The notes below the pieces were generated by a model. It ran no database searches and was not told the DNA's origin. It saw nothing but the letters and a program-made list of their open reading frames with translations. Shown here piece by piece: positions 13,596-25,350 of a stretch of 64,000 nt of DNA. This stretch comes from Utricularia gibba (lineage: Eukaryota; Plantae; Magnoliophyta). The position numbers and the translations under genes are program-made. The DNA lies in the NCBI GenBank assembly GCA_002189035.1, contig NEEC01000018.1, forward strand, positions 2,170,001 through 2,234,000. Direction: 5' to 3'. Each line of letters starts with the position of its first letter. The stretch's first letter is position 1.

Positions 13596-13740
13596 CAAGA
13601 GATTTAGCTGAGTAAAGAATTAATAGCCCTAATGGAAGGCTAATTGCATTAATCAGTTAATTGAATTCGTGGAGTGGAGCTTGCAGCCCTAATCGGTCTA
13701 CTAGCCCACAAAAGATTTTAATTTCTTTTTATTGAGCCCA

Positions 13741-14360
13741 CAATTACTCCTGATCTCTTTTGCGAGCCCTTTCCGGGTGGGTGTTCTAGCTCCCTTCAGA
13801 CTTTCCATTGCTTGATAAATTCAAGAACTTCACCAAGTACTCAAATGACAGCTTATTCAAGAACTTCACCAAGAACTTCCCTTTCCGGGTGGGTATCTCA
13901 GAATTGTTGAGACAAAGCTCGTCAGGAAATTCAAGTATCTCTTCACCAAGACAACCTTATGTCTATATGCACGTTAATCAAGATTACCACGATCACGACA
14001 AACGTTTCTATTGTGAAGAAGGGCTGTTGTTTATCCAAGACGTGCCATGGCTGATAATGATGTCAAACCAGTACTTCTTCTCGATGCCACGCTTTGTTCA
14101 AGAATTGCAAAATCTTTTCCCCGACAAGGAGACCGTTTTTCACTAGCTGGGGCGGTACATGTTCCACCCCACAAATTCGGTATGGGGGCTTGTTAGAAGG
14201 TTTTATGATGGATATCTTGCTGAGACGGACCTCAAAGTAGGTGTCCAGATCCGAATTTATCACTACGAAATAATTTCCTTCCCGTTTGTCGCCGATCAGG
14301 TCCTTTCATGCACCATGAACGAGGGTATACTTTCACGTGTCTACTCGCAACAGCATGACT
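13741..14360 (+). pseudogene. Internal fragment of the GT37 fucosyltransferase (copy of about 20252-20830), truncated at both ends
   Basis: Near-identical DNA to FUT-A (caattactcc...cgtgtctac). Lacks N- and C-termini. Has stops, a 9-nt loss at aaccagtacttc-ttctcgatg and a templated insertion at about 13855-13900. Confidence 0.9.
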
Positions 14361-15679
14361 TCGTTGAATCGATAACCCTTCGAACAAGTCAGAAAATTAT
14401 ATTTAACTTTTACAAATATAATTTATGTTTTTTATATACTTTGACTTCAATCAAATCTTTAATTTCAACTAACCATACTTGGATTGGTGTCGGTTAAATC
14501 TAAAAAAAACTTCGATGATGATCCGTTGATGAAAATATTTTTTTTTGTATACTTTTAGTGTGTTTTTTCACCAACACAATAGAAATTGAATCCTAATAAT
14601 TTTGAGCATAAGGTGCACGAATTTAGAGTTCTAATGGATTAAAGATTTGATAATATTGTTGCATCAGACATCCAAATTTGTTAAAATACTACACACAAAT
14701 GTTTCTATACATCCATAAACATATTTTTTTCAATCGAATGAATGACAAATCTTTTAACACATGATGGATATTCATAAATAGAATTAATCAAAAAATTATA
14801 ATTTATGAGATATCATTGGATACAATTGCGATTAATCAATGTTTTTAAATGATTAAATTAATATGAATATATAACTAATCCATTCTATGATTTAAAAAAA
14901 TATAATTTATGACATCAAAGAGTAGTTCGACTGGAAAGTGGGTATTAGAACACATAATCCCACAACGAAAAAATAAAAAATGAAAAAATCAAATATATAT
15001 TAGAGATTGCAAATCATTTATAATTGATTGAAGTTAACTTTTTTTAATGTGATCTATCTTTGTTATGTAATTGAGATTCACACATGTTTCCATGATCAAT
15101 TGAATTCTTAATTTCAATACGAATTCAAGATGGTGAATATTGCGTAGAGACGTCAGCACAAAACAAATTGCGATACAGAATATCGTGCATACGATGACTG
15201 GTAGTTGATGTTTTATTGAAAGAGTTGGAAACTCGGTTGTCATTGGTTGCCGTTGGGAGTTCTGGTTTTTGAGGAATATGCAGAGGGCTTTGAAGCAACG
15301 CGTGGATGATAAAAGAGAGGGAGAGGGAGAGACATGAAGATAAATGTTTACATTGAAACAAACTCAAGTTTGAACCACACAATAATCTAACATTTTGAAA
15401 AGATGTCGAACGAAAAATTACTGATGGAAGTTAAGCCACCTTTGGTTGGGGTGTTTAGGTGGGTTTTAATATAGGTTTAGCAATAAACTCATATTTGATA
15501 CATGGGTTGCAAGTAGGTAAAAATATACTTATCTTGTCCCTATACATCCATCAACAACCTGTACTGATAGATTTACATAAATGGAAGGGGAGAGATCGGT
15601 TTATGTAGCATAACCGATTTCTTCCAATTTTGCCCTTCATCTGATATTAACACTTCTTTTTTAAAATAGATCTAGCAGA

Positions 15680-17620
15680 TCTAAATACCACTTATCGTAT
15701 TCCAAAAAATTCAGATAAATTTGGCATCAGGAGACGTTAATTATTTCTTGGATATCCTGCAAGCATCTAAGAGGTGGAAATTTTCTGATCTTGACTAGAA
15801 GGAATTTTTTAATTCTACTGATTCTATTTTTGATGAAACTATTTTTACTTTTACTCAAGACCTCATAACTTATGATGTAGGCCCAAAAATATGTAAATTT
15901 GGTTGTACAGTAAAATGGGCCAACTGCAACCCAATACTGCACCACTCTTAATGTGAGTCTAAAGTCTATAGCCCCAAATATTCAGTCAACAAAACCCTGA
16001 TGCAAGCCAGTCTTCTACCCACCATCAAACCCTTCCTCAATTGATGGGTTCTCACTTTAAAATCAATTGATGCCCTGCCCACTGCAACCCATGAACCTTT
16101 CAACCATTGCCCAACAGCAAGCTATCCCTCATGACGCATTACCTGTCATCGAACCCTCGGCATGTCCAACTTCCAGCATGGCTCTTCGACACTCGGGTAA
16201 CAAAAGCACATACAAAATTCCTTGACTATGTGTGTCACGCTGCATACACTTCCTCTTCGACAACCACTGATTGCACATATTCTATGAGTTCTTACCTCTC
16301 TAATGGAGAATTTAGTGCTCAGCATCAGGCTTTTCTAGCTGGTATTCACGAAGGCCAGGAACCCACTCATCCCGAGGAAGCTTTGCAGGATGCAAAATGG
16401 TGAGAGTACATGAGTGATATAATATACAATCTCATATCATAAAATGAAAATGATATAATCAAATATATAAGAAATTGTAGATTATAATTAATCGGTTAGA
16501 TCTGATTTTTTTGTAATATAATCACGTTTCTTATGCACTAGAAATTTACTTGTGCTCGCCCAACCCATCACCTCCTGAATTTCAATATGGTATCAAAGCA
16601 TTTGCCTTGTGATATGGCTTGGGTGGCGAAGATAGGTTTCGTTCTAGTCTAAGTTTCAGTTAAAAAAAAAAAGAACAAGAAGATGCATTGGACTTAAACG
16701 ACAAAAATTAAATTTACCTATGATAAAAGTAATATCTACAATTACACATAAAAAAAACAAGTCTTAATCGGATCAAAAACCACTTCGACTTGAGAGCGCG
16801 TGTTAGAATACACAATTCCACATTGAAAAATAAAAATAATATAATCAAATATATAAAAAAATTGCATATCATAAATAATCGATTGTACTTATTCTTTTCT
16901 ATTATGATCCACGTTTATTGTATATTTGGGTTTCATGTGTGCTTATCCGATCCATCGGATCCTGAATTTCAATAATGAGGAAAGAAATTGATGCCCTAGA
17001 ATCAAATAACATTTGGGCCTTAGTCTCTCCTCATCCCGGTAAAAGAATTCTAAGAAATAAGTGGGTCTTTCATATTAAGTACAACTTGGAAGGTAGCATT
17101 GAATGCTACAAAATGCACTTGGTGATAATGAGAAATACACAAGTTGGAGGCATTGACTATACAAATATATTTATGTCCGTTGCAAAAATGATTACAATTT
17201 GACTCTTCTCTTACTGACCATCGCCGTTGTTCCTTCATGGTGACCTCAACCAAGAGATATACCCTGTATTTGCCTCTCAGATTTTCAAAGGGTTCTGAAG
17301 GAAAAGTGTTCAAGTTACAAAAGTCCTTCTATGGATGGCAACAAGCTCCTAGATAGTGGGTTGCCAAGTTCATTACGTCTTTTAAACAATTTGGGTTTCA
17401 TCAATCCAAGTCGGATTACTCTCTTTTTCGATATTAGTCTTCAGAAGGTGATTTATTCATTTTCGTATACATGGATGATTTAGTTATTGTAGGCAATAGT
17501 AATGATATGGTAAACGGCTTCAAAAAAATATCTTAGCCATTGTTTCCATATGAAGGATTTAGGAAACTTTAAATTTTTTTCAGGAGTAGAGGTTGCCTGT
17601 AGCATAAATGGAATTTAAAA
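15680..17620 (+). mobile_element. Degenerate Ty1/copia retrotransposon pol fragment (post-integrase region, linker, RT)
   Basis: Decayed translations DKF...FLGYP...DETIF (about 15715-15845), HQAFLAGI...EPTHPEEALQDAKW, RKEIDALESNNIWALV...NKWVFHIKYN.EGSIE.YK..LV and gtatacatggatgat (YMDD). Many stops and frameshifts. Confidence 0.88.
16415..16974 (+). mobile_element. TRIM-like miniature LTR element nested in the copia relic
   Basis: 5-bp TSD ATGAG at 16410-16414 and 16975-16979. Diverged LTRs 16415-16587 (173 bp) and 16801-16974 (174 bp), both ending cctgaatttcaata. PBS TGGTATCAAAGC at 16588-16599 (iMet type). Purine-rich ttgagagcgcg before the 3' LTR. Confidence 0.85.
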
Positions 17621-19142
17621 ATATAGGAATATTTCTTTTTTTAGAAAATACAGAATCTTAACTTCTTTTTTTCAAAATTACTTTTGAAAAAGTATTTTCA
17701 AGAAAGTTTATCAAGCTAAAAGAACGTTATCCCTCACACACGCAGGTTGAATATCTGATCCAGTTAATTGTCTGGTTCCATATCCTGATTTCTATGCCTA
17801 ACTTAGTCATTAATGAAGATTACATGATGATAGCTCTTCTAGAGTGTTACTTAGGGCGTGGTGATGGTGGTTGCTTTTTATTGTATATGTTTAATGGACA
17901 TGCTTGCAAACGATTCCTTGGCACTTCTTATTTTTATTTACTCGAGAAATTTCTTCGCAACATAAGAACAAGAAAGTCGAAATATGGCCTATCTCTTATT
18001 CCTATTGTACTAAGATTAAGGGGTATGTGTCCGGTACATTTACGTCTTATTTGATTTTGTTGATCAAGTGTCCACAAATAAGACATGCATTTTAGGTTTT
18101 TGGTGTTTTTCTTCAACTTTTACATCTTAATCTTACTGAATACACCATAAATGAATCACAAGGCTCCTCATGTCGATTAATTTAGCCCAAATTCTAGTTT
18201 AATTGGGTTCCAAACCATAGATCATTAGATCGAGGAGCTAGCCCATAAACCATTGACGTATAACGAGGGATACATAAAATTAATTGGTCCATTATGCATA
18301 AGATTCAGATGAATAAAAATTTAGTAGGGTTTAATGGAACCATAAATAATCAACATGATACTGCTGAAAGGACATAATGTAACCCGTAGCCCTAGCCAAA
18401 CCCGTTCTCATTGTTTTCCCTTTTGAATAAAAGTTTCAAAGGGAGCCCCAGCCCATCATACGCTTTTTTTTTTCAGTGGCAGTTGAACGTAAATAAAGTC
18501 TTGAGAAAACCCTAAATTTTGGTAGATTTTTTGTTGCCACTTTCGATTATTTTCATGATCCCTTTTTCTGATAACCCACCCGGAGACTTTTATGTGCTGC
18601 CACCTTCGTGCCATTGTAAATTCGCAAGTTGCCACACAGCATGTTTCTGAGTAGGTTCTGTAATTCAAACCTAAACCCTAAACCTAATGCTCATCCTTAA
18701 TGATCATCACACAAAGCCAAAAAATAACCCCCCAATCGTGCAATCCCAGTAGGTTTTCGAATTGAGATGGCCATTTAAGTTGCAGCTGCTATGACTGCCA
18801 GGTTTAGGGTGGACTAATTTGCTGATGTACCGGAAAGTCAACGATGAACAATACCATTTCGTAATCAAATAAATCGTGTCCGAACATTGAAATTTTGTGT
18901 AGCATGTCCAAGTGAACAAATTGCACCGAGCTTAAAAATTTCAATGGGCAGCCCTAGTTCCCAGGTCGCAGGTGTAATACTCGACTTGGAGTTGCATCTT
19001 TTTTCATTGACCGCAAGAGATTTAGATGAGTAAAGAATCCTAATCGAAGGCTAATTGCATTAATCAGTGAATTGAATTCGTGGAGTGGAGCTTGCAGCCC
19101 TAATCGGTCTGCTAGCCCACAAAAGATTTTAATTTCTTTTCA
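17618..19142. repeat. Duplicated module A, copy 2, with the adjoining segment shared with 13596-13735
   Basis: Collinear similarity to 11861-13735 (without the MITE) and to 31850-32930. Confidence 0.85.
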
Positions 19143-19735
19143 TTTGAGTTTCAAACTTGGACAATGGCCGACTTTTGAGAAGAGACATGTTGTGCAATTA
19201 ATTCATCTGTAATTAAATTTAATTTACTAAGTGTATTCATGCATATTTCTCCACCATTTTTTACTTGTTGTATAATATACTAGTTTTGTCTGTAAAATGA
19301 TAAAAATAAATTAGTTATAAGATGAGAAAGAAAAAAAAATGTTTATGTCACACACATGTAAATCACGAGAATTGGTAATGGTATTCCATATTAATTATAT
19401 ATAGGAGAAATGATGTATTTAAATATATAAACCTTATTAATTTTACATAAGATTTTTTTAGACGTAAAGTAAAACCGTAAAAATTAGATGTTCAAAATAA
19501 ATAATATTGTATTTTGTGTATGATGACATTTGGTATTAACATTGAATATCCTTTTAAGATTTAGGTTAGAATTTCAACGAGTAAACATGCATCATTTACT
19601 AGTTGAAGAGGAGGCTCGCCTTGATTTTGGAGGCTCAAACAGACAACAGCTAGGCGATTAATACAGCTTTTGAAGAGAAATATTTCGGCAGGCAGAGAAG
19701 GCGAGAAGTTTCAAGGCTGTCTCAACTTTCCAGCC

Positions 19736-21352
19736 ATGAAATCAAAACCCATACTCAAGGGTTTACGCACAAATTTTTCGCAGAAACTTCTGAAATTTGC
19801 AGGTGGCTTTCTTCTTCTGGTGATGGGTATATCGTTCTTGCTCACAGTGTCTGCAGTATTGAAAGACCATATCTTTAAGTATAAGCTTAGCAGGGGTGCC
19901 TACTTTCACAACCAGCTTGAAGAAGGTCTTCTGCCAAGTGGTTTTGATGAAAGTTCTTGTGCAAGTAGATACGATTCTCTGTTGCATCAACGAGAATCAC
20001 TGAAGAAGCCTTCGGCTTACCTCAAGTCGAAGTTACGTAGCTACGAAGCGCGACACCAGAGGTGCGCTCCGTACACTCTTCTGTACAATACAACTCTGGC
20101 GACCTTGGAAACGAAAGGTTCTTCAGTACGATCAGAGTGCAACTACATCATATGGTTTGCGGTACTCGGGTTAGGGAACAGAATGATAAGCCTTGCTTCT
20201 GCGTTCCTCTATGCTCTCCTCTCCGATCGGGTTCTCCTCATTCATCCCGAGGCAATTACTCCGGATCTCTTTTGCGAGCCCTTTCCGGGAGGGTCTTGGT
20301 GGCTCCCCTCGGACTTTCCATTGCTTGATAAATTCAAGAACTTCACCAAGTACTCAAATGACAGCTTTGGTGAATTGTTGAGACAAAGCTCGTCAGGAAA
20401 TTCAAGTACCTCTCCACTACGACAACCTTATGTCTATGTGCACGTTAATCAAGATTGTGGTGATCACGACAAACGCTTCTATTGTGAAGAAGGGCAGTTG
20501 TTTATCCAAGACGTGCCATGGTTGATAATGATGTCGAACCAGTACTTCGCCCCGCCCTTCTTCTCAATGCCACGCTTTGTTCAAGAACTGCAAAATCTCT
20601 TCCCCGACAAGGAGACTGTTTTTCACTTGCTGGGGCGGTACTTGTTCCACCCCACAAATGCGGTATGGGGGCTTGTAAGAAGGTTTTATGATGGATATCT
20701 TGCTGAGGCGGACCTCAAAGTAGGTGTCCAGATCCGAATTTATCACTACGACAAAATTTCCTTCCCGTTTGTCGCCGATCAGGTCCTTTCATGCACCATG
20801 AACGAGGGTATACTTTCACGTGTCTACCCGCAACAGCGTGAAAACTTGACTGAAACCATGACATCGACGACCAAGAAGAAGAAAATCGTCGTGCTAATGA
20901 CTTCGTTGAATCGACAACCCTTCGAACAAGTCAGAAAATTATACTTGGAGAATGCAACTGTGACGGGAGATACCATCACAATCCATCAACCAAGCTTCGA
21001 AGAGCATCAAAACACAGGGGAACTAAATCATGATAAGAAAGCATTGGCAGAAATGTACCTACTCAGCCTCACAGATAAATTGCTGACAAGTGAGAAGTCA
21101 ACTTTCGGGTATGTGGCTCAAGGTCTAGGCGCGTTGAAGCCATGGGTGATCTTCATGTGGAAGAATGAGACAGGCCATGGCCGCGAATGCTCCCGAGCCG
21201 TATCAATGGAACCTTGCATGCACATTCCTCCGAGGTTCGACTGTAAGACGAGACAAACAATTGGTAAAAATGTTAACAAACCCTTCATTAGAGATTGCCA
21301 GGATTGGAATGGAGGAATTCAATTAGTTGGCAACTATAATAATACGTCCTAA
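19736..21352 (+). CDS. GT37 alpha-1,2-fucosyltransferase (xyloglucan/AGP FUT family), FUT-A, single ORF of 538 aa from ATG 19736
   Basis: N-terminal TM (FAGGFLLLVMGISFLLTVSAVL). Family motifs DESSCASRY, HQRCAPYT, GLGNRM.SLASAFLYALLSDRVLL, LFCEPFP, VFHLLGRYLFHP, VGVQIR, STFGYVAQGLG, SMEPC.H. Confidence 0.95.
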   Translation: MKSKPILKGLRTNFSQKLLKFAGGFLLLVMGISFLLTVSAVLKDHIFKYKLSRGAYFHNQLEEGLLPSGFDESSCASRYDSLLHQRESLKKPSAYLKSKLRSYEARHQRCAPYTLLYNTTLATLETKGSSVRSECNYIIWFAVLGLGNRMISLASAFLYALLSDRVLLIHPEAITPDLFCEPFPGGSWWLPSDFPLLDKFKNFTKYSNDSFGELLRQSSSGNSSTSPLRQPYVYVHVNQDCGDHDKRFYCEEGQLFIQDVPWLIMMSNQYFAPPFFSMPRFVQELQNLFPDKETVFHLLGRYLFHPTNAVWGLVRRFYDGYLAEADLKVGVQIRIYHYDKISFPFVADQVLSCTMNEGILSRVYPQQRENLTETMTSTTKKKKIVVLMTSLNRQPFEQVRKLYLENATVTGDTITIHQPSFEEHQNTGELNHDKKALAEMYLLSLTDKLLTSEKSTFGYVAQGLGALKPWVIFMWKNETGHGRECSRAVSMEPCMHIPPRFDCKTRQTIGKNVNKPFIRDCQDWNGGIQLVGNYNNTS

Positions 21353-21372
21353 GTTATTCAATCATTTGAAAA

Positions 21373-21416
21373 GTTTTGTATTGCAATGTTTTGTATTGCA
21401 ATGTTTTGTATTGCAC
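21373..21416. repeat. 15-bp tandem repeat (gttttgtattgcaat), about 3 copies, in the 3' region of FUT-A
   Basis: Units start at 21373, 21388 and 21403. Confidence 0.85.
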
Positions 21417-21629
21417 TACAACTAGACAGATATGCGTGTTGCAATGTGGAAATTGAGGTCACTCGATATATTGTGCTTGAATGGACATCTTTTTTGTAAC
21501 TATGTTTACTGTTAGAAATCATTCCAACATTAAGACTCGGAAATTGTTGCTAAATGTAATGGAAAATTGATGGGAATACATGAAGCTTCTAAGCCTCAAA
21601 TTGCAACGGATCCGGATCATGGAAATACT

Positions 21630-23239
21630 TCAGGGAATGTAGCTTTGATTGTCAAACAGCATTGTGCCTCCGGGTGAGTCTGGGCATTCTTTAATATGAG
21701 GCCCGATGACGCTTGTACCAGCTGCACGTCTCATCTTACAATAGTATTTTGGAGGTGTGTGGTAACAAGGTTCGATGGTTAGGATCCGATAGCACGGTCG
21801 GTCTCGCTCACTCTCGAGCTTCGACTTGAAGAGAATCCATGGCATCAGGCCGCTCAGACCTTGAGCAGCATAGCCGAATGTTGATGTGGCGCTTACAACC
21901 AACTGATCGGTCAAGGTGAGTAAGTATATTTCTGCCAGTGCCTTCTTGTTGTGATGGTGATTCCCTGAGTCTTGGCGCTCTTCGAAGCTTGGTTGATGGA
22001 TGGCAATGGCATCTCCGGTTATCGTTGCGTTTTCCCAATACAATCGTCTCACGTAATCGAAGTAGCTGTGGTACAGTGAAGTTATCAGCAACACGATTCT
22101 CTTCTTCTTCTTGGGAATTAGGGTTTTTGTGAAATTTTCTTGCTCCTGAGCTTCTGTATGCGGTATCAAACCCTCGTTCGTGATGCAAGAGACAACCTGA
22201 TCCAATATTTCCTCGGGTGAGATTTTGTCGTAATTGAAGGTTCGGATTTGGAGGCCTACTTTCACATCATACCCGGACAGATAAGATTCATAAAATCTTC
22301 TTACAAGCCCCAGACTACGTTGTTTGGATTCAACAGATACCCACCCAGTAAGTGAAAAACAGCTCCCTTCTCGGGAAAGAGATTCTCCAGTTCGTGCTGA
22401 AAGCTTGGCATTGTAAACAAAGCAGGAAGAAAATATTGATTTGCCATCACGATTAACCATGGAATATCTTCAACATACGATTGCTCTTCGTCGCAAAAGA
22501 AGCGTTTATCAAGATCATCAGCAAAATTGTTGAGGTACACGTATAGATAGGGAAGTGGCAACGAATCACTTGAGTTGAATGATAAACCGTTTCCCACCCG
22601 CTCCCCAAAACTATCATTCAAACCTTTTTTAAAGTGCAGCATTTCATAGTGTAAGGGAAAGTCAACAGGAAGCAGCCATGAACCTTCTGGGAAGGGTTCG
22701 CAGAAAAGACCAGCAACAGTGTCTTCAGGATGAATGAGCAAAACGCGATCCGTCAGCAAAGCATGTAGAAACGCTGAAGCAACGCTGATCATTCTGTTTG
22801 CCAGGCCGCCGTTCGAGAACCATATGCTATACTTACAAGCAGATCGAACTGCAGACGTGTTGGCCCTCAGGGCAGCCACGGTGGTGTTATAAAGGTTCGT
22901 GTATGGAGCGCATCGCTTGTGCCGTGCTTCGTATGCGCGTAGCTTCGACATGAGATACGGAGAAGGTTTCCTTAGTGTTGGGCGTTGAAGCAAGAGAGAA
23001 TCAAACCTGCTAAGGCAGGAACTCTCATCAAATCTACCTGGGGGAAGGTCTTCGTTGATCTGCCTGTAGAAATAACCTCCCCGGTCGAGCTTGTAATCGA
23101 TGAGATAATTTTTCAATACTATGGAGATGTTGAACAAGAAGGATAAGCTCATCCCTGCGAGAAGAAGACCCCCGATAAACTTCAACAGATTTTGCGACAA
23201 CCATGTCTGGAAATGCTTCCAATGTCGTCTTCTATCCAT
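21630..23239 (-). pseudogene. GT37 fucosyltransferase FUT-B, full length but with a single 1-nt frameshift at about 22308-22311 (pseudogene or consensus error)
   Basis: ORF 23239-22301 (TM, GGLANRM, LFCEPFP, VFHLLG.YLLNP) ends VWGL*. ORF 22460-21630 continues GLVRRFY...VGLQIR...STFGYAAQGL...EPC.H. TGGGGCTT here has 4 G; TGGGGGCTT in FUT-A has 5 G. Confidence 0.88.
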
Positions 23240-23660
23240 AATCCAAACATTAACACTAAGATCAAGTAAAATAACCTTAATCAGGAGGGAATTTAAGAAC
23301 GAATGACATTTGACTCTTACTAATGAATGCCGCCATCCCTACAGCGATGCAATGAGTACTAATTTTCATAGGGATAGTTATTGCGACGCTCATTTTTAAT
23401 ACATGTTCAAAGTCAAAAATCTCCTGCGGCACTCAGAGTTTCGTGTCTTTGCTGGTCCGTGAACACGTATTGGCTGTCATTAGAGTGAGTATATTTCTTA
23501 TAGCAGAATTGTTAACAATAGTGGCAACATTTCTTATAGCAGAATTGTTGGTTAGTAACTGTTCAAAGTGCAGTTCACTTGGATCTCATCCCCAGACTTG
23601 GATGGCAGTAAGCTCTTCTGGCTCAGCTGGGAAACTGCATTCGTTAGTGTTCAAGTGACG

Positions 23661-23746
23661 GGTGACAGAAAGATGAAGAGCACTCATAGATTCGAGCATC
23701 AAGTGTACTGGAAAACACTTATGAGTGCCCTCCCTCTTCTGTCACC
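23661..23746 (-). ncRNA. MIR156: MIR156/157-family precursor hairpin; predicted 5p mature UGACAGAAGAGGGAGGGCAC at 23744-23725
   Basis: Arms ggtgacagaaagatgaagagcactcat (23661-23687) and atgagtgccctccctcttctgtcacc (23721-23746) are complementary. The minus strand pairs better, because G:U replaces A-C. The 20-mer differs by 2 nt from the miR156 variant UGACAGAAGAGAGAGAGCAC. Confidence 0.85.
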
Positions 23747-23996
23747 TCCCTTACCCTTCACCAAATCAGCATTTATCATTACTACAAAAAAAAAGAATGC
23801 ATTATCCAAGTATCAAGACATTGGAGTATTCTGGTAACTTTTGCAGCCAAAAAAACATATAACATAGATATGGTATGTGCATGAAAGAACCCTAAAACCT
23901 GAAAAAGAAACCTAAAATCGTGAAAGAAGGCGGTGACTACTTGTACTTCTAGAGAAGTCCTGCCGAGTTGTGAAGACACGGGTACCAAAAGGGTCC

Positions 23997-24005
23997 TTTA
24001 TATAG
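23997..24005 (-). promoter_or_regulatory. Candidate TATA box for the MIR156-like transcript
   Basis: The minus strand reads CTATATAAA about 250 bp upstream of the hairpin, in the same orientation. Confidence 0.5.
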
Positions 24006-25350
24006 ACAACAATGAGGCTCCCACTCCCAACGCTCCAACAAATACAATAAGTGCCTGCCCACCCCTCCCAAAATAAAAAGTTTTTCCTCATTTGCATTAA
24101 ACAAAGCGCAAGAATACAGAGTCTGCTACATTGAAATGTGTGATTCACTTGATGTGTTTCTTCTTCCCGGAGACGACCAGGTTCGATTCCCACCAAGCTA
24201 CCTTCACAGAAGATGCCTGAGGCTCCTCATATCGCACATCATTCAACGCTAACTGTAAAAGTTACAACATGCCAGATGATTACACGTCTCCGGTGCATCG
24301 TGAACAGCAAGTCCCCGCCCAATTTTCATCTCCGGAGAGATGGTGAAATTGTTATTCAAATGGGTATCCACAGAAGGGGTTTGTGTGAAGTGGCTTTCAC
24401 CCCACGTGCCCTCCTGTACGGATGCATTTAATATACGGATTTGGTTTTAGATTCGTTTTGGAAGGTGTCGTCCATATCAATCCGACACCTCCGAGAAATA
24501 AAAATTGATACTACAAGCAATAAAATTTTCTTGGATGAGCTGTCCGCTCTGTTTTAAAATCATATATCAAAACCGAACCGGTTCCCTATCGACTCGATTT
24601 CGAGCCGGTTAAATTACAGTCAATATACATACAAAACTTAAGTATAAATTATAATAGCTTTATTGTTATAACTAATTCCAATACCAAAAAGAAAGGCTTA
24701 TGCAAAATGCATTAACCAATGTTAATACAAAAAAATAAAAATAAGATATAGCAATAAAACTGAATCTGAAATTGTAATTGCTAATGTAAATATCTGCTGT
24801 TAAGTTATTTAATAGATTTGAGCTTCAATATTAATAAGTTATTGAATATGTTGAAATATTGTAATTGAGTCAAATTAATATGAATATAAAAAAAAGTGGG
24901 GCTCCGATTAAATCGAATCTCGCATGTCGATTTAGTGGCTCGATTCGTTGGGCTAATACACGAGGGCGTCCTGAAAATGCTAAAATCAGGTAGCATGAAG
25001 AAAGGGGCTACCGGATTGGGCTTTTGAATTAGGACTTAAATGCCACAGGCCCAATCCAGAGTAGCCTCTCAGCCCAAGCTTGTGGGGTCTCTTCCCTTGG
25101 AGTGGGATGATTTGGTTTTTATTGTGACTTATTTTATACAATTAAAAAGTATTAGAATAAATAATCGAGAAAATTAAATTATATCAGAGATTATATTTTA
25201 TAAATTAACTTTTATGAATATGATTTATGTTTATTGTATGCGATATCCTAATAATTGACATCGTAACAATACCTGGATTAGCGTTAGCGTTAGAGAAACT
25301 ATGATGATGATCCGTTGATGAAAACAAATCCTGACTGGTTGCTTCGAGTA

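Noticed and set aside
19670-19735. ORF-track N-terminal extension of FUT-A from a TTG start
   Set aside because: Non-ATG start is unlikely in a plant nuclear gene. ATG 19736 aligns with the FUT-B start region.
24165-24200. ggagacgaccaggttcgattcccacc resembles a tRNA T-arm/B-box
   Set aside because: No acceptor, D or anticodon arms can be folded. At most a SINE/MITE-like end.
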